Of a stretch of DNA of 51,832 nt, positions 19,437-29,785 are shown piece by piece. The stretch is taken from positions 1 through 51,832 of the forward strand of contig CAMVCF010000004.1 in NCBI GenBank assembly GCA_947165945.1, given 5' to 3'. Source of the DNA: an uncultured Clostridia bacterium. Its GTDB lineage: Bacteria > Bacillota_I > Bacilli_A > RF39 > UBA660. Both the position numbers and the translations under genes were made by a program. Below the pieces are notes generated by a model, which saw only the letters and a program-made list of their open reading frames with translations, did not search any database and had not been told where the DNA came from. Positions within the stretch are counted from its first letter, which is position 1. Each line of letters opens with the position of its first letter.

Positions 19437-21371
19437 TTATATATCTAAGTTCTTAACAAACTCAGCATTTTCTTCAATAAATGTACGACGAGGTTCTACT
19501 TCATCACCCATTAATTTCTCGAATATTGAGTCCGCTGCTATACAATCATCTACAGTTATTTTACGAAGAACTCTTTTATTAATATCCATAGTAGTTTCAT
19601 TTAACTCTTCGGCATCCATTTCACCAAGACCTTTCATACGAGCTATTTCTGCACGCATACGAACATTTTCTGGTAAAGAATTCATATAAGCTTCTTTATC
19701 TTCTTCTGTTAAAACATACTTTCTAGTTTTTCCATGCATAATTCGAAAAAGTGGTGGTTGAGCAGCATAAACATGTCCTGCTTCAACAATCGGCCTAAAG
19801 AAACGATAAAATAGTGTTAACAATAATACTCTTATGTGAGATCCATCAACATCGGCATCGGTCATTATAATGATTTTATCATAACGAAGTTTTGATAAGT
19901 CGAAATAATCACCAATTCCGGTTCCAAAGGCTGTAATTATTGTTTTTATTTCTTCATTTCCAAGGGCTTTATCTAGTCGTGCTTTTTCTACATTTAAAAT
20001 CTTTCCTCGAAGTGGAAGAATTGCCTGAGTCATAGAATCTCTTCCTTTTTTAGCACTTCCTCCTGCTGAATCTCCCTCGACTATAAAAATTTCTGAAACG
20101 CTAGGATCTTTACTCTTACAGTCGCTTAATTTTCCAAAGAAATTTGTTGTTGCTAAATCACTTTTTCTTGTTGCCTCTCTTGCTTTTTTGGCAGCCATTC
20201 GAGCATTTCTTGCAAGAATTGCTTTATTAATAATAATTCTTGCTTCTTCTGGATTTTCTAACAAAAAGTTTTCAAAACCATCTGAAAAAACACTATCAGC
20301 TAAATTTTTTACCTCTGAGTTTCCAAGACGTCCTTTTGTTTGACCCTCAAATTGAGGATTTGGATGCTTGCAAGAAATAATCATAGTAAGTCCTTCTTTA
20401 ACATCATCCTCTTTTAAATTTTCATCTTTTTCTTTTAAAATATTATTTTTTCTAGCATAATTATTAATAACTCGCGTTAAGGCTCTTTTAACACCATCTT
20501 CATGAGTTCCTCCATCATGAGTATTAATATTATTAACGAATGAATAAATATTAGAGTTATATGAAGTATTGTATTGCATTGCAACTTCAAACATGACAGA
20601 ATCCTTTTCTCCTGTTAAATGAATAATGTCCTCATGAATTGGAGTTTTTTCTTTATTAATAAAACGAACATATTCACTGATACCACCTTCATACATGAAT
20701 GTTTCACCTGTTGTATCTTCTAAATCTCTATCATCTCGTATATTAAGTGATAATCCTTGATTTAAGAAAGCAAGTTCACGAACCCTTGTTTTTAGAGTTT
20801 CATAATCATATATTTCAGAATCAAAAATTTCTGGATCTGGTTTGAATGTTACTGTTGTCCCAGTTCTATTTTCCTCGCATTCTCCGATTACATGTAATGG
20901 TTCAGTAGTTTTTCCACCGTTTTCAAATCTTATTTTATGAATTTTAGAATTTTTGTAAACTATTACTTCAACCCATTTCGATAAAGCATTTACAACACTT
21001 GCTCCTACTCCATGAAGTCCTCCGGATACTTTATATCCTCCTCCACCAAACTTTCCTCCAGCATGAAGAACTGTATAAACTGTTTCAACAGTTGATATAT
21101 GAGTTTTTGGGTGAATATCAACCGGTATTCCACGACCGTCATCTTTAACTGTCACTGAATTATCTTTATTAATTATGATTTCTATATTTTTACAATATCC
21201 TGCTAATGCTTCATCTATCGAATTATCTACTATTTCCCAAACCAAATGATGAAGTCCTTTAACATCCGTTGTACCAATATACATTCCTGGTCTTTTTCTA
21301 ACCGCTTCTAATCCTTCTAAAACTTGAATTGCGGAAGAATCATAATTTCCGCCTACTTTTTCTTCTTGCAT
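19437..21371 (-). CDS. gyrB: DNA gyrase subunit B
   Basis: [55 protein letters not shown]. Confidence 0.98.
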   Translation of the reverse strand: MQEEKVGGNYDSSAIQVLEGLEAVRKRPGMYIGTTDVKGLHHLVWEIVDNSIDEALAGYCKNIEIIINKDNSVTVKDDGRGIPVDIHPKTHISTVETVYTVLHAGGKFGGGGYKVSGGLHGVGASVVNALSKWVEVIVYKNSKIHKIRFENGGKTTEPLHVIGECEENRTGTTVTFKPDPEIFDSEIYDYETLKTRVRELAFLNQGLSLNIRDDRDLEDTTGETFMYEGGISEYVRFINKEKTPIHEDIIHLTGEKDSVMFEVAMQYNTSYNSNIYSFVNNINTHDGGTHEDGVKRALTRVINNYARKNNILKEKDENLKEDDVKEGLTMIISCKHPNPQFEGQTKGRLGNSEVKNLADSVFSDGFENFLLENPEEARIIINKAILARNARMAAKKAREATRKSDLATTNFFGKLSDCKSKDPSVSEIFIVEGDSAGGSAKKGRDSMTQAILPLRGKILNVEKARLDKALGNEEIKTIITAFGTGIGDYFDLSKLRYDKIIIMTDADVDGSHIRVLLLTLFYRFFRPIVEAGHVYAAQPPLFRIMHGKTRKYVLTEEDKEAYMNSLPENVRMRAEIARMKGLGEMDAEELNETTMDINKRVLRKITVDDCIAADSIFEKLMGDEVEPRRTFIEENAEFVKNLDI

Positions 21372-22489
21372 TTTGCACCACCTTTTATTTTAATTTCTCC
21401 ATTTTTTATTTTAAATATTCTTGCATTCTTAACCAATTCTTCTTGAATATCTTCTAAATCTGTAGTTGTTATAATTACTTGTATTTCATTTTTTAAAAAT
21501 TTTATTACATTATTTCGACGTTTAATATCAATTTCTGAAAAAACATCATCAAGAAGTAAAACAGGATATTCTTTCTTAATCTTTTTAAATACAAGCAATT
21601 CTGCAATTTTATATGCTATTACAATTAATCTTTGTTGACCTTGAGAGGCATATATTTTAGCATCCATATCTTTGACTAAAAAAATTAAATCGTCTCGATG
21701 AAGACCTACTAAAGTCATTCCTTGAATCATTTCTTTTTTTAAATTCTTTTTGTATTTTTTTTGCAATATTTCCCTAATTGCTATTTCATCATATTCACTT
21801 ATTCCTAAACTATTTTGATATTGAATTCTAATATTATTAATACCAGTTAATTTTTTATAAATATTAGGAAGTATTTGATTAATTTCTCTAAGATAAAATA
21901 ATCTAAAATAATAAATTTTTACACTTACATCAATCATTTTCTGATTAATAACATCTAAATATTTAGGATCAGTATAACTATTCAAGTTTAATCTTTTTAA
22001 ATATTCATTTCTAATTTTTAATAAACTATTATATTCATTTACGTATTTTAAATAACTATTATATAAAACTCCAATTTGAATATTTAATAAATTCCGTCTT
22101 ACACTAGGTGATCCCTTAATAATTTCAATATCATTAGGAAGAAATGATGTAACACAAAATTCTCCTATATATGATGATATTTTTTTTATCTGATTATTAT
22201 TGATAAATACCTTTTTAGTTGCTTTATCTATTGATATTTCATATTTTTTTATATAATCGTCATAATTAACTAATCCTTCAATTTTTAAAGCATCTTCACT
22301 ATTTTTAATTAAATCAGAATCTGTTCCATATCTACAAGATTTGGTTAAGGACAGTACATATATTGCCTCCAAAATATTTGTTTTACCAGCACCATTATCG
22401 CCAATAAAAATATTAATTCCAGGATTAAACTCCAAAAATGCTTCTTTATAATTACGAAAATTTTTTAATTTTAAATTATTTAATCTCAT
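21353..22489 (-). CDS. recF: DNA replication/repair protein RecF
   Basis: [33 protein letters not shown]. Confidence 0.97.
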   Translation of the reverse strand: MRLNNLKLKNFRNYKEAFLEFNPGINIFIGDNGAGKTNILEAIYVLSLTKSCRYGTDSDLIKNSEDALKIEGLVNYDDYIKKYEISIDKATKKVFINNNQIKKISSYIGEFCVTSFLPNDIEIIKGSPSVRRNLLNIQIGVLYNSYLKYVNEYNSLLKIRNEYLKRLNLNSYTDPKYLDVINQKMIDVSVKIYYFRLFYLREINQILPNIYKKLTGINNIRIQYQNSLGISEYDEIAIREILQKKYKKNLKKEMIQGMTLVGLHRDDLIFLVKDMDAKIYASQGQQRLIVIAYKIAELLVFKKIKKEYPVLLLDDVFSEIDIKRRNNVIKFLKNEIQVIITTTDLEDIQEELVKNARIFKIKNGEIKIKGGAKCKKKK

Positions 22490-22673
22490 AATACATCACA
22501 AATGCCCTTAAAAACAAATATTTATTTGGTTAATATACCTATACTTGCTTATATATTATATCACAAAATAACCACAAAACAACCCTAAATAACACTTTTA
22601 GACATTTTTTATGCATTTTAGCTTATAAATAGATTATCTTTTTTTATAAATCTGAAAAGTAAAGAATAACTCT

Positions 22674-23126
22674 TTACTTTTCAATACGTTTTTTTATTAA
22701 ATTTTCAAGTCGTGCTGCTCTAAATAATTGTAATTCAAATGATGTACATGACATTTTTAAAATAATACTTTTTCCTTCGTCAAACGTCACTTTTGTAAAT
22801 CCATTATAAGGTTCATATTTAGCTACATGATTAAGAGAAATCCAAGAACACTTTTCATTATTTGCTCCACTTGTTGGAAAAAAAATAATATCATTTGCTT
22901 CTTCAACAATTATAGGTAATTTATAATTACATCCTAATATCATTTTAGTTCCTTTAATTCTTCCATTATAGCTACTTCCATAATAAGCACAACTATCTTC
23001 CATTACTTCAAAACTAGGTTTTGGTACTAAATACTCTTGTTTTTTTTCAATAATTTTAGATACTTCGTTATTAAGATTTAAAATAGCACATGTGTCCTTA
23101 TTAATTTCATAAGACTCAATATCCAT
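22674..23126 (-). CDS. comK: Competence transcription factor ComK family protein
   Basis: YEINKDTCAI, SCAYYGSSYNGRIKGT, YKLPI, FFPT, CSWISLNHV; start set to the ATG at 23126 (GGGGGTGA SD). Confidence 0.85.
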   Translation of the reverse strand: MDIESYEINKDTCAILNLNNEVSKIIEKKQEYLVPKPSFEVMEDSCAYYGSSYNGRIKGTKMILGCNYKLPIIVEEANDIIFFPTSGANNEKCSWISLNHVAKYEPYNGFTKVTFDEGKSIILKMSCTSFELQLFRAARLENLIKKRIEK

Positions 23127-23161
23127 AAATTCACCCCCACTTCCGTTTTTAAATCTAAGTT

Positions 23162-23184
23162 TTATCCACATAATAAGTGGAAAA
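23162..23184. promoter_or_regulatory. DnaA boxes upstream of comK
   Basis: Perfect TTATCCACA (23162-23170) plus inverted AGTGGAAAA (23176-23184). Confidence 0.75.
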
Positions 23185-23217
23185 CTTAAATTTGATTCTT
23201 AAATTAACAAACTTATT

Positions 23218-23244
23218 TGTCGAATTTTCTTACAATTTGTCGGA
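23218..23244. promoter_or_regulatory. Spo0A boxes upstream of comK
   Basis: TGTCGAA (23218-23224) and TGTCGGA (23238-23244), 20 bp apart, each within an ATTTGTCG repeat. Confidence 0.6.
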
Positions 23245-23310
23245 TATAGAAAAAAAAGAAATAATTTTTTTTTAATTACTCTTTTTTTGGTAAATTTTGA
23301 TATTTTTTAT

Positions 23311-24435
23311 TTAATATGTACGAATAGGAAGCACTAATTGGATTAAATCTTCATGATCTTTTTCTTTAAATATAATTGGATTAACTTCTCCAACAAAAGA
23401 AATCTCACATTCTTCACAATCAAATACTTTTAAAGCTTCCATTACATATCGGGCACTAAAAGATATAGTAATATCTTCTTCTTTATCTTTTATAATGTTC
23501 ATTTTTTCTTCAACACGTCCTATCTCAGCACTTGAAGATTTCATAATTAAAGTATTTCCATTTGTTTCAAGTGTTACTACATTTTTTTCTTTATCACTTG
23601 TCAAAATACTTACACGATCTATTACATTATATAGATCATTAACATTAATTGTTATTTTTAACATACTTTCTTTAGGTAATAAATTTGAAGTGTTAGGGAA
23701 TGTTCCATTAATTAAACGACTTTGAAATAATACATTATCATATTTAAATAGTATTTTATTATTAAATATATGAAGCTCTATATCTTTTTCATCATCTGTT
23801 AATAGTTTAGATACTTCAACAATATTCTTACTTGGTATTACTATATTATAATCAGCTTCGCTTTGAGAATTTAATTTTAATACTTTACGTGCAAGTCTAT
23901 ATGAGTCTGTAGAATTACATTCAAGTTCGTCTCCTATAATTTTAAAGTTTAAACCAGTAAGTGCTGGTCTGGATTCATCAGTTGATGCAGCAAAAGCAGT
24001 TTGATTAATTAAATCTTTAAAGACTTTTGAATTTATAACAACCGGAGTTTTACTTTCTTCTAAGTTAATATTTGGGTATTCTGTTTTATTAATTCCATTT
24101 AAATTATACTCACTATTTTCTGTTGAAATAATTACTTTTAATTCATCAAATACTTCTAAATTAATCATTTTATCTGGTAGTTTTCTAACTATATCTAAAA
24201 TATATCTACCTGTAATTATAATACTTCCCTCTTCTTCTATATTCATATCATTTTTATTATTGGGAATAAATGTTCTAATAGTAATGTCATTATCACTTGC
24301 TGTTAAAGTTAAACCTTCATTTGTTAAATCAAATTTTATACCAGCAAGAGCAGGTACTAAATTTTTAGTTGATATTGCTTTTGATACCTTATTTAAATTT
24401 TCTAATAATATTTCTTTTTTAATTTTTATTTTCAT
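23311..24435 (-). CDS. dnaN: DNA polymerase III beta clamp
   Basis: TAFAASTDESRPALTG, TDSYRLA, SRLINGTFP, C-terminal LVLPIRTY. Confidence 0.98.
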   Translation of the reverse strand: MKIKIKKEILLENLNKVSKAISTKNLVPALAGIKFDLTNEGLTLTASDNDITIRTFIPNNKNDMNIEEEGSIIITGRYILDIVRKLPDKMINLEVFDELKVIISTENSEYNLNGINKTEYPNINLEESKTPVVINSKVFKDLINQTAFAASTDESRPALTGLNFKIIGDELECNSTDSYRLARKVLKLNSQSEADYNIVIPSKNIVEVSKLLTDDEKDIELHIFNNKILFKYDNVLFQSRLINGTFPNTSNLLPKESMLKITINVNDLYNVIDRVSILTSDKEKNVVTLETNGNTLIMKSSSAEIGRVEEKMNIIKDKEEDITISFSARYVMEALKVFDCEECEISFVGEVNPIIFKEKDHEDLIQLVLPIRTY

Positions 24436-24449
24436 AATTTTCTCCTTCT

Positions 24450-24712
24450 TAATTTTTTCTTATATATATATATTATAATAATAATGGTGTGGAAAACTGT
24501 GGAAAACTCATTTCTGAGCATATATATCAACGATTTAGAAAAAAATTTTATTGTGGAAAACTATGTGGAAAACTTTGAGTTTTCCACAATTAGTTGTGGA
24601 AAAGTAATTTTTTTCTATTTTATATATAAATTATAATTATTTTTTTTTATAGAAAATAAAGTTTTCAACAATTGATTGTGGATAACTTTCTAAATCTATG
24701 ACATACAAGGAT
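24450..24712. other. oriC, dnaA-dnaN part: unwinding region with DnaA-trios and about 8 DnaA boxes
   Basis: (TA)n then TAT TAT AAT AAT AAT GG (24471-24487) abutting tandem TGTGGAAAA boxes at 24488 and 24498; further boxes at 24552, 24564, 24580, 24595, 24662 and 24677. Same layout as the B. subtilis basal unwinding system. Confidence 0.92.
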
Positions 24713-26089
24713 TTAAGAAATATTTTTCTTTATCTTTTCTATAGTTTCTCTTATACTTTTAGTAGTTTTCATACTACTTTCAATTTTTTCACAAGAACTC
24801 ATTACAGTTGAATGATCACGTCCACCAAATTCAAGACCGATCCTTTGATAAGATTCATTTAATACATCACGGGATAAAAACATTGCAATTTGTCTTGGAA
24901 AGGCAACGCTTGAGCTCCTCTTTTTTCCTTTTAAATCATCAACGGATATTTGGAAATAATCAGCAACAATCTTTTGGACTTTTGATATGTTTGTTTTTTC
25001 GCTAGTTCCTTTATTTATAAAGTCTTTTAAAGCATCAATTGCTAAAGATAGATTTATTTCTGCTCCTCCCATAATTGTTGAATATGCAAGAAGTCTATTA
25101 ATTGCACCTTCTAGTTGTCTTACATCACTTGCCATATTAGATGCAATATATTCTAAAACATCATCAGGAATATCTTTATCTATTTTATTTCCTTCAATTT
25201 TTTTCTTTAAAATATTAATTCTAAGCTCCAAATCAGGTGGATAAATATCAACAGTTAATCCCCAACAAAATCTTGTTCGAAGCCTATCTTCTAATAGTTT
25301 TAAATCATTTGGAGATCTATCTGATGAAATAATAATTTGTTTTTTATCATTATATAGTGTATTAAATGTATGGAAGAATTCTTGTTGTGTTTGGGTAGCA
25401 CCAGCTAGAAATTGAATATCATCTATAATTAATACATCTATATTTCTATATTTGTCTTTAAAATAATCAACATAGTTATAATTTTCATCGATTTCTCCAC
25501 TTTCTTTTCTACCTATTCCTGAAAAATCAGATATAAATTGCTCACTTGTAACGTACAAAACTCGTTTATTAGAATTCTCTTGAATATAATTTCCAATTGA
25601 CTGCATTAGATGAGTTTTACCAAGACCACTGTTACCATAAATAAATAAAGGATTATATGTTAAGCCAGGGCTTTCAGCAACAGCAAATGCTGCTGCATGA
25701 GCAAGTTTATTACTATTTCCCACGATAAATGTTTCAAAGGTGTATTTAGGATTTAAATTTGATTCATGTTTAAATTTTCCTGTAAAATCATCTGATATAG
25801 AATTATTTTGTTCATTTTTAGAAGGGTCTTTTGTTAATTTTATATCACCCTCTAAAACAAATTCTAAATCATAGACATTACCTGTTAATTTAGTTAGTAT
25901 ACTTGTAATCAAATTACTATAACTTTCACTTAATCTTTTCTTATGAATATCTAGAGGGACTACAATTGTTGCTTTATTATTATCAAGAGAAATAAGATAA
26001 GTTTTACTAAACCAAGTTGTATAAACCATTGAATTAACACTACTTTTCACACTTTCTAAGAACTTATTCCAAAGTAGTTCATTACTCAT
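24713..26089 (-). CDS. dnaA: Chromosomal replication initiator DnaA
   Basis: LNPKYTFETF, YNPLFIYGNSGLGKTHL, IDDIQF, RQLEGA, RQIAM, FGGRDHSTV. Confidence 0.99.
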   Translation of the reverse strand: MSNELLWNKFLESVKSSVNSMVYTTWFSKTYLISLDNNKATIVVPLDIHKKRLSESYSNLITSILTKLTGNVYDLEFVLEGDIKLTKDPSKNEQNNSISDDFTGKFKHESNLNPKYTFETFIVGNSNKLAHAAAFAVAESPGLTYNPLFIYGNSGLGKTHLMQSIGNYIQENSNKRVLYVTSEQFISDFSGIGRKESGEIDENYNYVDYFKDKYRNIDVLIIDDIQFLAGATQTQQEFFHTFNTLYNDKKQIIISSDRSPNDLKLLEDRLRTRFCWGLTVDIYPPDLELRINILKKKIEGNKIDKDIPDDVLEYIASNMASDVRQLEGAINRLLAYSTIMGGAEINLSLAIDALKDFINKGTSEKTNISKVQKIVADYFQISVDDLKGKKRSSSVAFPRQIAMFLSRDVLNESYQRIGLEFGGRDHSTVMSSCEKIESSMKTTKSIRETIEKIKKNIS

Positions 26090-26165
26090 TATCCACCTCC
26101 TATCCGTTTTGTACTTATATTCTACATTTTTAATTTTAAAAATTCAATAAGTTTACATTAAATAA

Positions 26166-26452
26166 TTTTCCACTTTGCATTGTGGAAAAGAAGAAATAAT
26201 TGTGGAAAACTATGTGGAAAGAAAATTTATAAAAAAAGTTTTCCACAAGTTATCCACATAGTTTTCCACATATTAAAATCTTTTATATCAAGGAGAGTTT
26301 GAGTTTTCCACAATTATCCACAATTAAGTTTTCCACCGGTGGATAAAGTTTTCCACATATATGTGGAAAACTTATATAAATATTTCTAAAAAGATACAAA
26401 AATAAATATTAAATGTGTAAATTATTTAATTAAGAAAAACAATTGTGGAAAA
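26166..26452. other. oriC, part upstream of dnaA: about 14 DnaA boxes
   Basis: TT(T/A)TCCACA-type boxes in both orientations at 26166, 26181, 26201, 26213, 26239, 26250, 26262, 26304, 26314, 26329, 26338, 26349, 26362 and 26444. Confidence 0.92.
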
Positions 26453-26497
26453 CTATATAAATTGTTTATAAATTAAAAATATATTTTATAGTAGTCA

Positions 26498-26526
26498 TTT
26501 ACAATATAAAAAAAATATGTTACTAT
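26498..26526 (+). promoter_or_regulatory. SigA promoter
   Basis: TTTACA-N17-TACTAT with extended TG. Confidence 0.6.
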
Positions 26527-26558
26527 TTGTATAAGGAAAGGAGTTTAAAAATAGTTTT

Positions 26559-27581
26559 ATGAAAAATTTAAATTCGGAAGCATTTGATAAATCTATTAAG
26601 AGGAATAGAAATTTATTAATTGTAGGATTAGTTTTACTAGGAGTTGCTATTATACTTATTTATATGGGAGTTAAAAATGAACAAAAGGAATTACCAGAGC
26701 CTATTAAATTAAGTGAATTTGTGGAACAAGAAAAAAATGTAGAAGATGTATATGCTTATATTGATGCTGTAACTAAACCATATTTATTTGCAGAATATGA
26801 AAATAATGGTAAAACAGAAGATGCTAAGTTTTATTTTGTAATGGATGAAAATAATTATTTATATGTTATTTATATGACTGAAGATAAATATAAAGAATTA
26901 AACGTAGATAGTATAGAAGAAGCGTCTATTAGAGTAAATGGTATTACTAAAAAAATTTCAAGTGATATTAAACAGTATGCAATTGAATCATATAATGAAA
27001 TTATGGAAGATGAGTATTTAACTAATGATAACTTTAGTGAATATGTAGGACTTGTATATTTGGATACTAAGTCTTCTGTAAATGATTCTTCAATGTATTA
27101 TGTAGGTGCATTTCTTTCAGGATTTTTCTTTTTAATTATTATCATTACCTATATAGTAATAATTATTAAAAACAAAAAAACATTGAAAAATATTTCTCAT
27201 GAAGAATTGGAAAGAATTTCTGGAGAAATATATCAAATGAAAGAAAGTAAATATGAAAAAATGAAGTTTTATTTACTTAAGGATTATGTTGTTGATATGC
27301 AAAATAATATTGTTATTATAAAATATTCTGATATTTTATGGGCATATCCTTATGAACAAAGATACAATGGATTAGTTATTAATAAATGTATAAAAATAAT
27401 AGATAAAAACAATAAAATGTATGATGTTGCTAATACTAAACTTTTAGATAAAAATAAAGATGAAATACTTCAAGAAATATTAAGAGAATTAAATGCTAAA
27501 AATCAAGAAATTATATTAGGATATAATAATGAAAATAGAAAAATAGTAAAAGAAAAAATAAAAGAGTTAAAAAATAAATAA
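26559..27581 (+). CDS. Hypothetical membrane protein (two TM helices flanking an acidic extracellular domain)
   Basis: 340-aa ORF with AAGGAG SD and hydrophobic stretches at about aa 19-38 and 180-203. Confidence 0.8.
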   Translation: MKNLNSEAFDKSIKRNRNLLIVGLVLLGVAIILIYMGVKNEQKELPEPIKLSEFVEQEKNVEDVYAYIDAVTKPYLFAEYENNGKTEDAKFYFVMDENNYLYVIYMTEDKYKELNVDSIEEASIRVNGITKKISSDIKQYAIESYNEIMEDEYLTNDNFSEYVGLVYLDTKSSVNDSSMYYVGAFLSGFFFLIIIITYIVIIIKNKKTLKNISHEELERISGEIYQMKESKYEKMKFYLLKDYVVDMQNNIVIIKYSDILWAYPYEQRYNGLVINKCIKIIDKNNKMYDVANTKLLDKNKDEILQEILRELNAKNQEIILGYNNENRKIVKEKIKELKNK

Positions 27582-27590
27582 AAAATTTAT

Positions 27591-27620
27591 TTGACAAGTT
27601 CCCTACTTTCCTATTATAAT
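27591..27620 (+). promoter_or_regulatory. SigA promoter of rpmH
   Basis: TTGACA-N18-TATAAT. Confidence 0.8.
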
Positions 27621-27649
27621 AATGTAGATTTCAATTTTGGAGGTGTGAA

Positions 27650-27775
27650 ATGAAGAGAACTTATCAACCAAATAATAGAAGAAGAGCTAAAAAACATGGA
27701 TTCTTTGCAAGAATGAAAACTAAAGTTGTAAATTCAAGAAGAAGAAAAGGTCGTAAGGAAATTATCAAAAAATAA
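27650..27775 (+). CDS. rpmH: 50S ribosomal protein L34 (absent from the ORF track)
   Basis: GGAGGTG SD; manual translation [41 protein letters not shown]. Confidence 0.97.
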   Translation: MKRTYQPNNRRRAKKHGFFARMKTKVVNSRRRKGRKEIIKK

Positions 27776-27801
27776 GCCACATTTTAATAGTGGTTTTTTT
27801 T
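27774..27801 (+). terminator. Terminator-like hairpin between rpmH and rnpA
   Basis: AAGCCAC-loop-GTGGTT followed by a T-tract. Confidence 0.55.
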
Positions 27802-27817
27802 GGGATTAGGGATGATT

Positions 27818-28156
27818 ATGAAAAAAATAAATGTTGTTAAAAGTAATGAAGAATTTAATTTAGTCATGAATAAAGGAAAATGTATTAAAAATAATTACTT
27901 TGTTATTTATACAAAAAAAAATAATTTTGATAAATATAGGTTTGGAATAAGTGTTGGAAAAAAAGTAACTAATGCTGTTAATCGTAATAAATTAAAAAGA
28001 CAAGTGAGAAATATTTTGGATTATCACAAAAATCTCTATTCAAAAGGAAAAGATTATATTATAATAGTAAGAAAGAGTTCTCTTAATGTAGATTATCATA
28101 TGTTAGAAGAGAATTTGCTAAAATTATTAGAAAAAATTGAAAAGGAGAATATATGA
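27818..28156 (+). CDS. rnpA: Ribonuclease P protein component
   Basis: RFGISVGKKV.NAVNRNKLKRQVR (RNR motif); start set to the ATG at 27818. Confidence 0.95.
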   Translation: MKKINVVKSNEEFNLVMNKGKCIKNNYFVIYTKKNNFDKYRFGISVGKKVTNAVNRNKLKRQVRNILDYHKNLYSKGKDYIIIVRKSSLNVDYHMLEENLLKLLEKIEKENI

Positions 28157-29172
28157 AAAATAAGAAAAAGTTAATATTATTATTTTTAATTACTTTACTT
28201 GTAACAGGGTGTACAAAAACACTTAAAAATAGTGATAATAAAGTTGTTGTAAATGATGTAACGGGTCAGAATTTAACTGAAAATATTTTATGTAAACCAA
28301 CAGATGAAGAGGCAATTAAATTATATAAGGAAAATAATGTTGACATAGATTCCTTGCCATATTGCTCTTGTAAAAGTGATAAAGTTAATATAGAAGAAAC
28401 TGTTATAAATGAGGAAACAGGAGAAGAAGAGATTGTAACTAAAGAAATTGAATGTGAAAGTTTTAATATTTCATCTGGTAAATATGAAGGTCTTTGGACA
28501 AGTATTTTTGTAAAACCACTTGCATATGTTATTTTATTCTTTGGTCGTATTACTAAAAATTATGGATTAGGATTAATTATTACAAGTTTAATTATTAGAT
28601 TAATTGCATATCCTGTAACAAGAAAAACAGCTATGCAATCAGAATATATGAAAAAAGCAGCTCCAGAAATGGAAAAAATAGAAAAGAAATATGCTAATAA
28701 AGATCAAAATGATAAAGAAGTTATGATGCAAAAATCTCAAGAAATGATGATGGTTTATAAGAAATATAATGTAAGTCCAGTAAGTGGATGTTTACTTAGT
28801 TTCTTACAACTACCTTTATTTATAGCATTTTTAGAAGCAATTAATAGAGTGCCTGCGATATTTGAAGAAAAATTTATTATTTATCATTTAGGAACTACTC
28901 CAAGTGTTGGAGTGCAAAATGGAAATTATTGGTATATTTTAGTTATAGTATTTGTTGCAATAACTACATATTTTTCATTTAAAGCAACTACTAAAGATCA
29001 AGCAGCAACATCAAGTGAAATGGCTGGTCAACAAAAGATGATGATGAATATGTTTACAATTATGATTATTGTAATGTCTATATTCATGACAACAGCCTTA
29101 GATATTTATTGGATGACAACTAATATATTTACAATTGCACAGAATTTAATTGTTAGAAAGAAGGTTAAGTAA
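28153..29172 (+). CDS. yidC: Membrane protein insertase YidC/SpoIIIJ (lipoprotein)
   Basis: Lipobox LVTGC, YGLGLII...IRL..YP, GCL...LQLP, IYWMT.N.F...Q. Confidence 0.93.
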   Translation: MKNKKKLILLFLITLLVTGCTKTLKNSDNKVVVNDVTGQNLTENILCKPTDEEAIKLYKENNVDIDSLPYCSCKSDKVNIEETVINEETGEEEIVTKEIECESFNISSGKYEGLWTSIFVKPLAYVILFFGRITKNYGLGLIITSLIIRLIAYPVTRKTAMQSEYMKKAAPEMEKIEKKYANKDQNDKEVMMQKSQEMMMVYKKYNVSPVSGCLLSFLQLPLFIAFLEAINRVPAIFEEKFIIYHLGTTPSVGVQNGNYWYILVIVFVAITTYFSFKATTKDQAATSSEMAGQQKMMMNMFTIMIIVMSIFMTTALDIYWMTTNIFTIAQNLIVRKKVK

Positions 29173-29173
29173 A

Positions 29174-29785
29174 ATGAAGAAGTATACGTATCAAGCCAAA
29201 ACATATGAAGAAGCAAAAAATCAAGCTTTATCAAGTTTGATGGAACAAGAAAATAATTTGTATATAAAAGAAATTGAAAGTTCTAATAAATTATTTAATA
29301 AAAAATCTGTAATAGAAGTTATAAAAAAAGAAGATGTTGTAGAACATATTAAAGAGTTAATTAAAGGTATTACCAGTGATATGGGATTAACAATTAATAT
29401 GGAGGTAAAAAAAAGAGAAGACTCTTTAAATATATCAATTTATGCAGACAATAATGCTATTTTAATTGGTAAAAATGCTAAAACTTTAAATGCTTTAACA
29501 ACTATTATAAGACAAAGTATTTATAAAGAAATTGGTGAAAATTATAAATTTGTTCTTGATGTTTCTGAATATAAACAAAAAAGAGCATGGATTTTAGAAA
29601 AAATGGCAAAGCAAATTGCAAGAGAGGTTGCTAAAACTGGTGTTGAAGCAACTCTTGATCCAATGAATTCTTATGAAAGAAGAATTATCCATGAGACATT
29701 AAGCCATAATAAAAAAGTTTATACAGAGTCAACTGGTGTTGAACCTAATAGATGTGTTGTAATTAAATTAAAAGAAAATGAATAA
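29174..29785 (+). CDS. jag: Jag/KhpB (EloR) RNA-binding protein with KH and R3H domains
   Basis: LIGKNAKTLNAL, PMNSYERRIIH, TES.G.EPNR.V; start set to the ATG at 29174. Confidence 0.93.
   Translation: MKKYTYQAKTYEEAKNQALSSLMEQENNLYIKEIESSNKLFNKKSVIEVIKKEDVVEHIKELIKGITSDMGLTINMEVKKREDSLNISIYADNNAILIGKNAKTLNALTTIIRQSIYKEIGENYKFVLDVSEYKQKRAWILEKMAKQIAREVAKTGVEATLDPMNSYERRIIHETLSHNKKVYTESTGVEPNRCVVIKLKENE

Noticed and set aside
23127-23171. Longer ComK start (MWIKL...)
   Set aside because: It overlaps the DnaA box, and the GGGGGTGA SD fits the ATG at 23126.
23245-23310. ComK K-boxes (AAAA-N5-TTTT) upstream of comK
   Set aside because: No exact paired boxes were found, and A/T tracts are uninformative at this GC content; the region more likely contains the dnaN terminator.
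26166-26452. Repeated 9-mers as a possible CRISPR or iteron array
   Set aside because: They occur in both orientations with irregular spacing and match DnaA boxes next to dnaA; no cas or rep gene is present.
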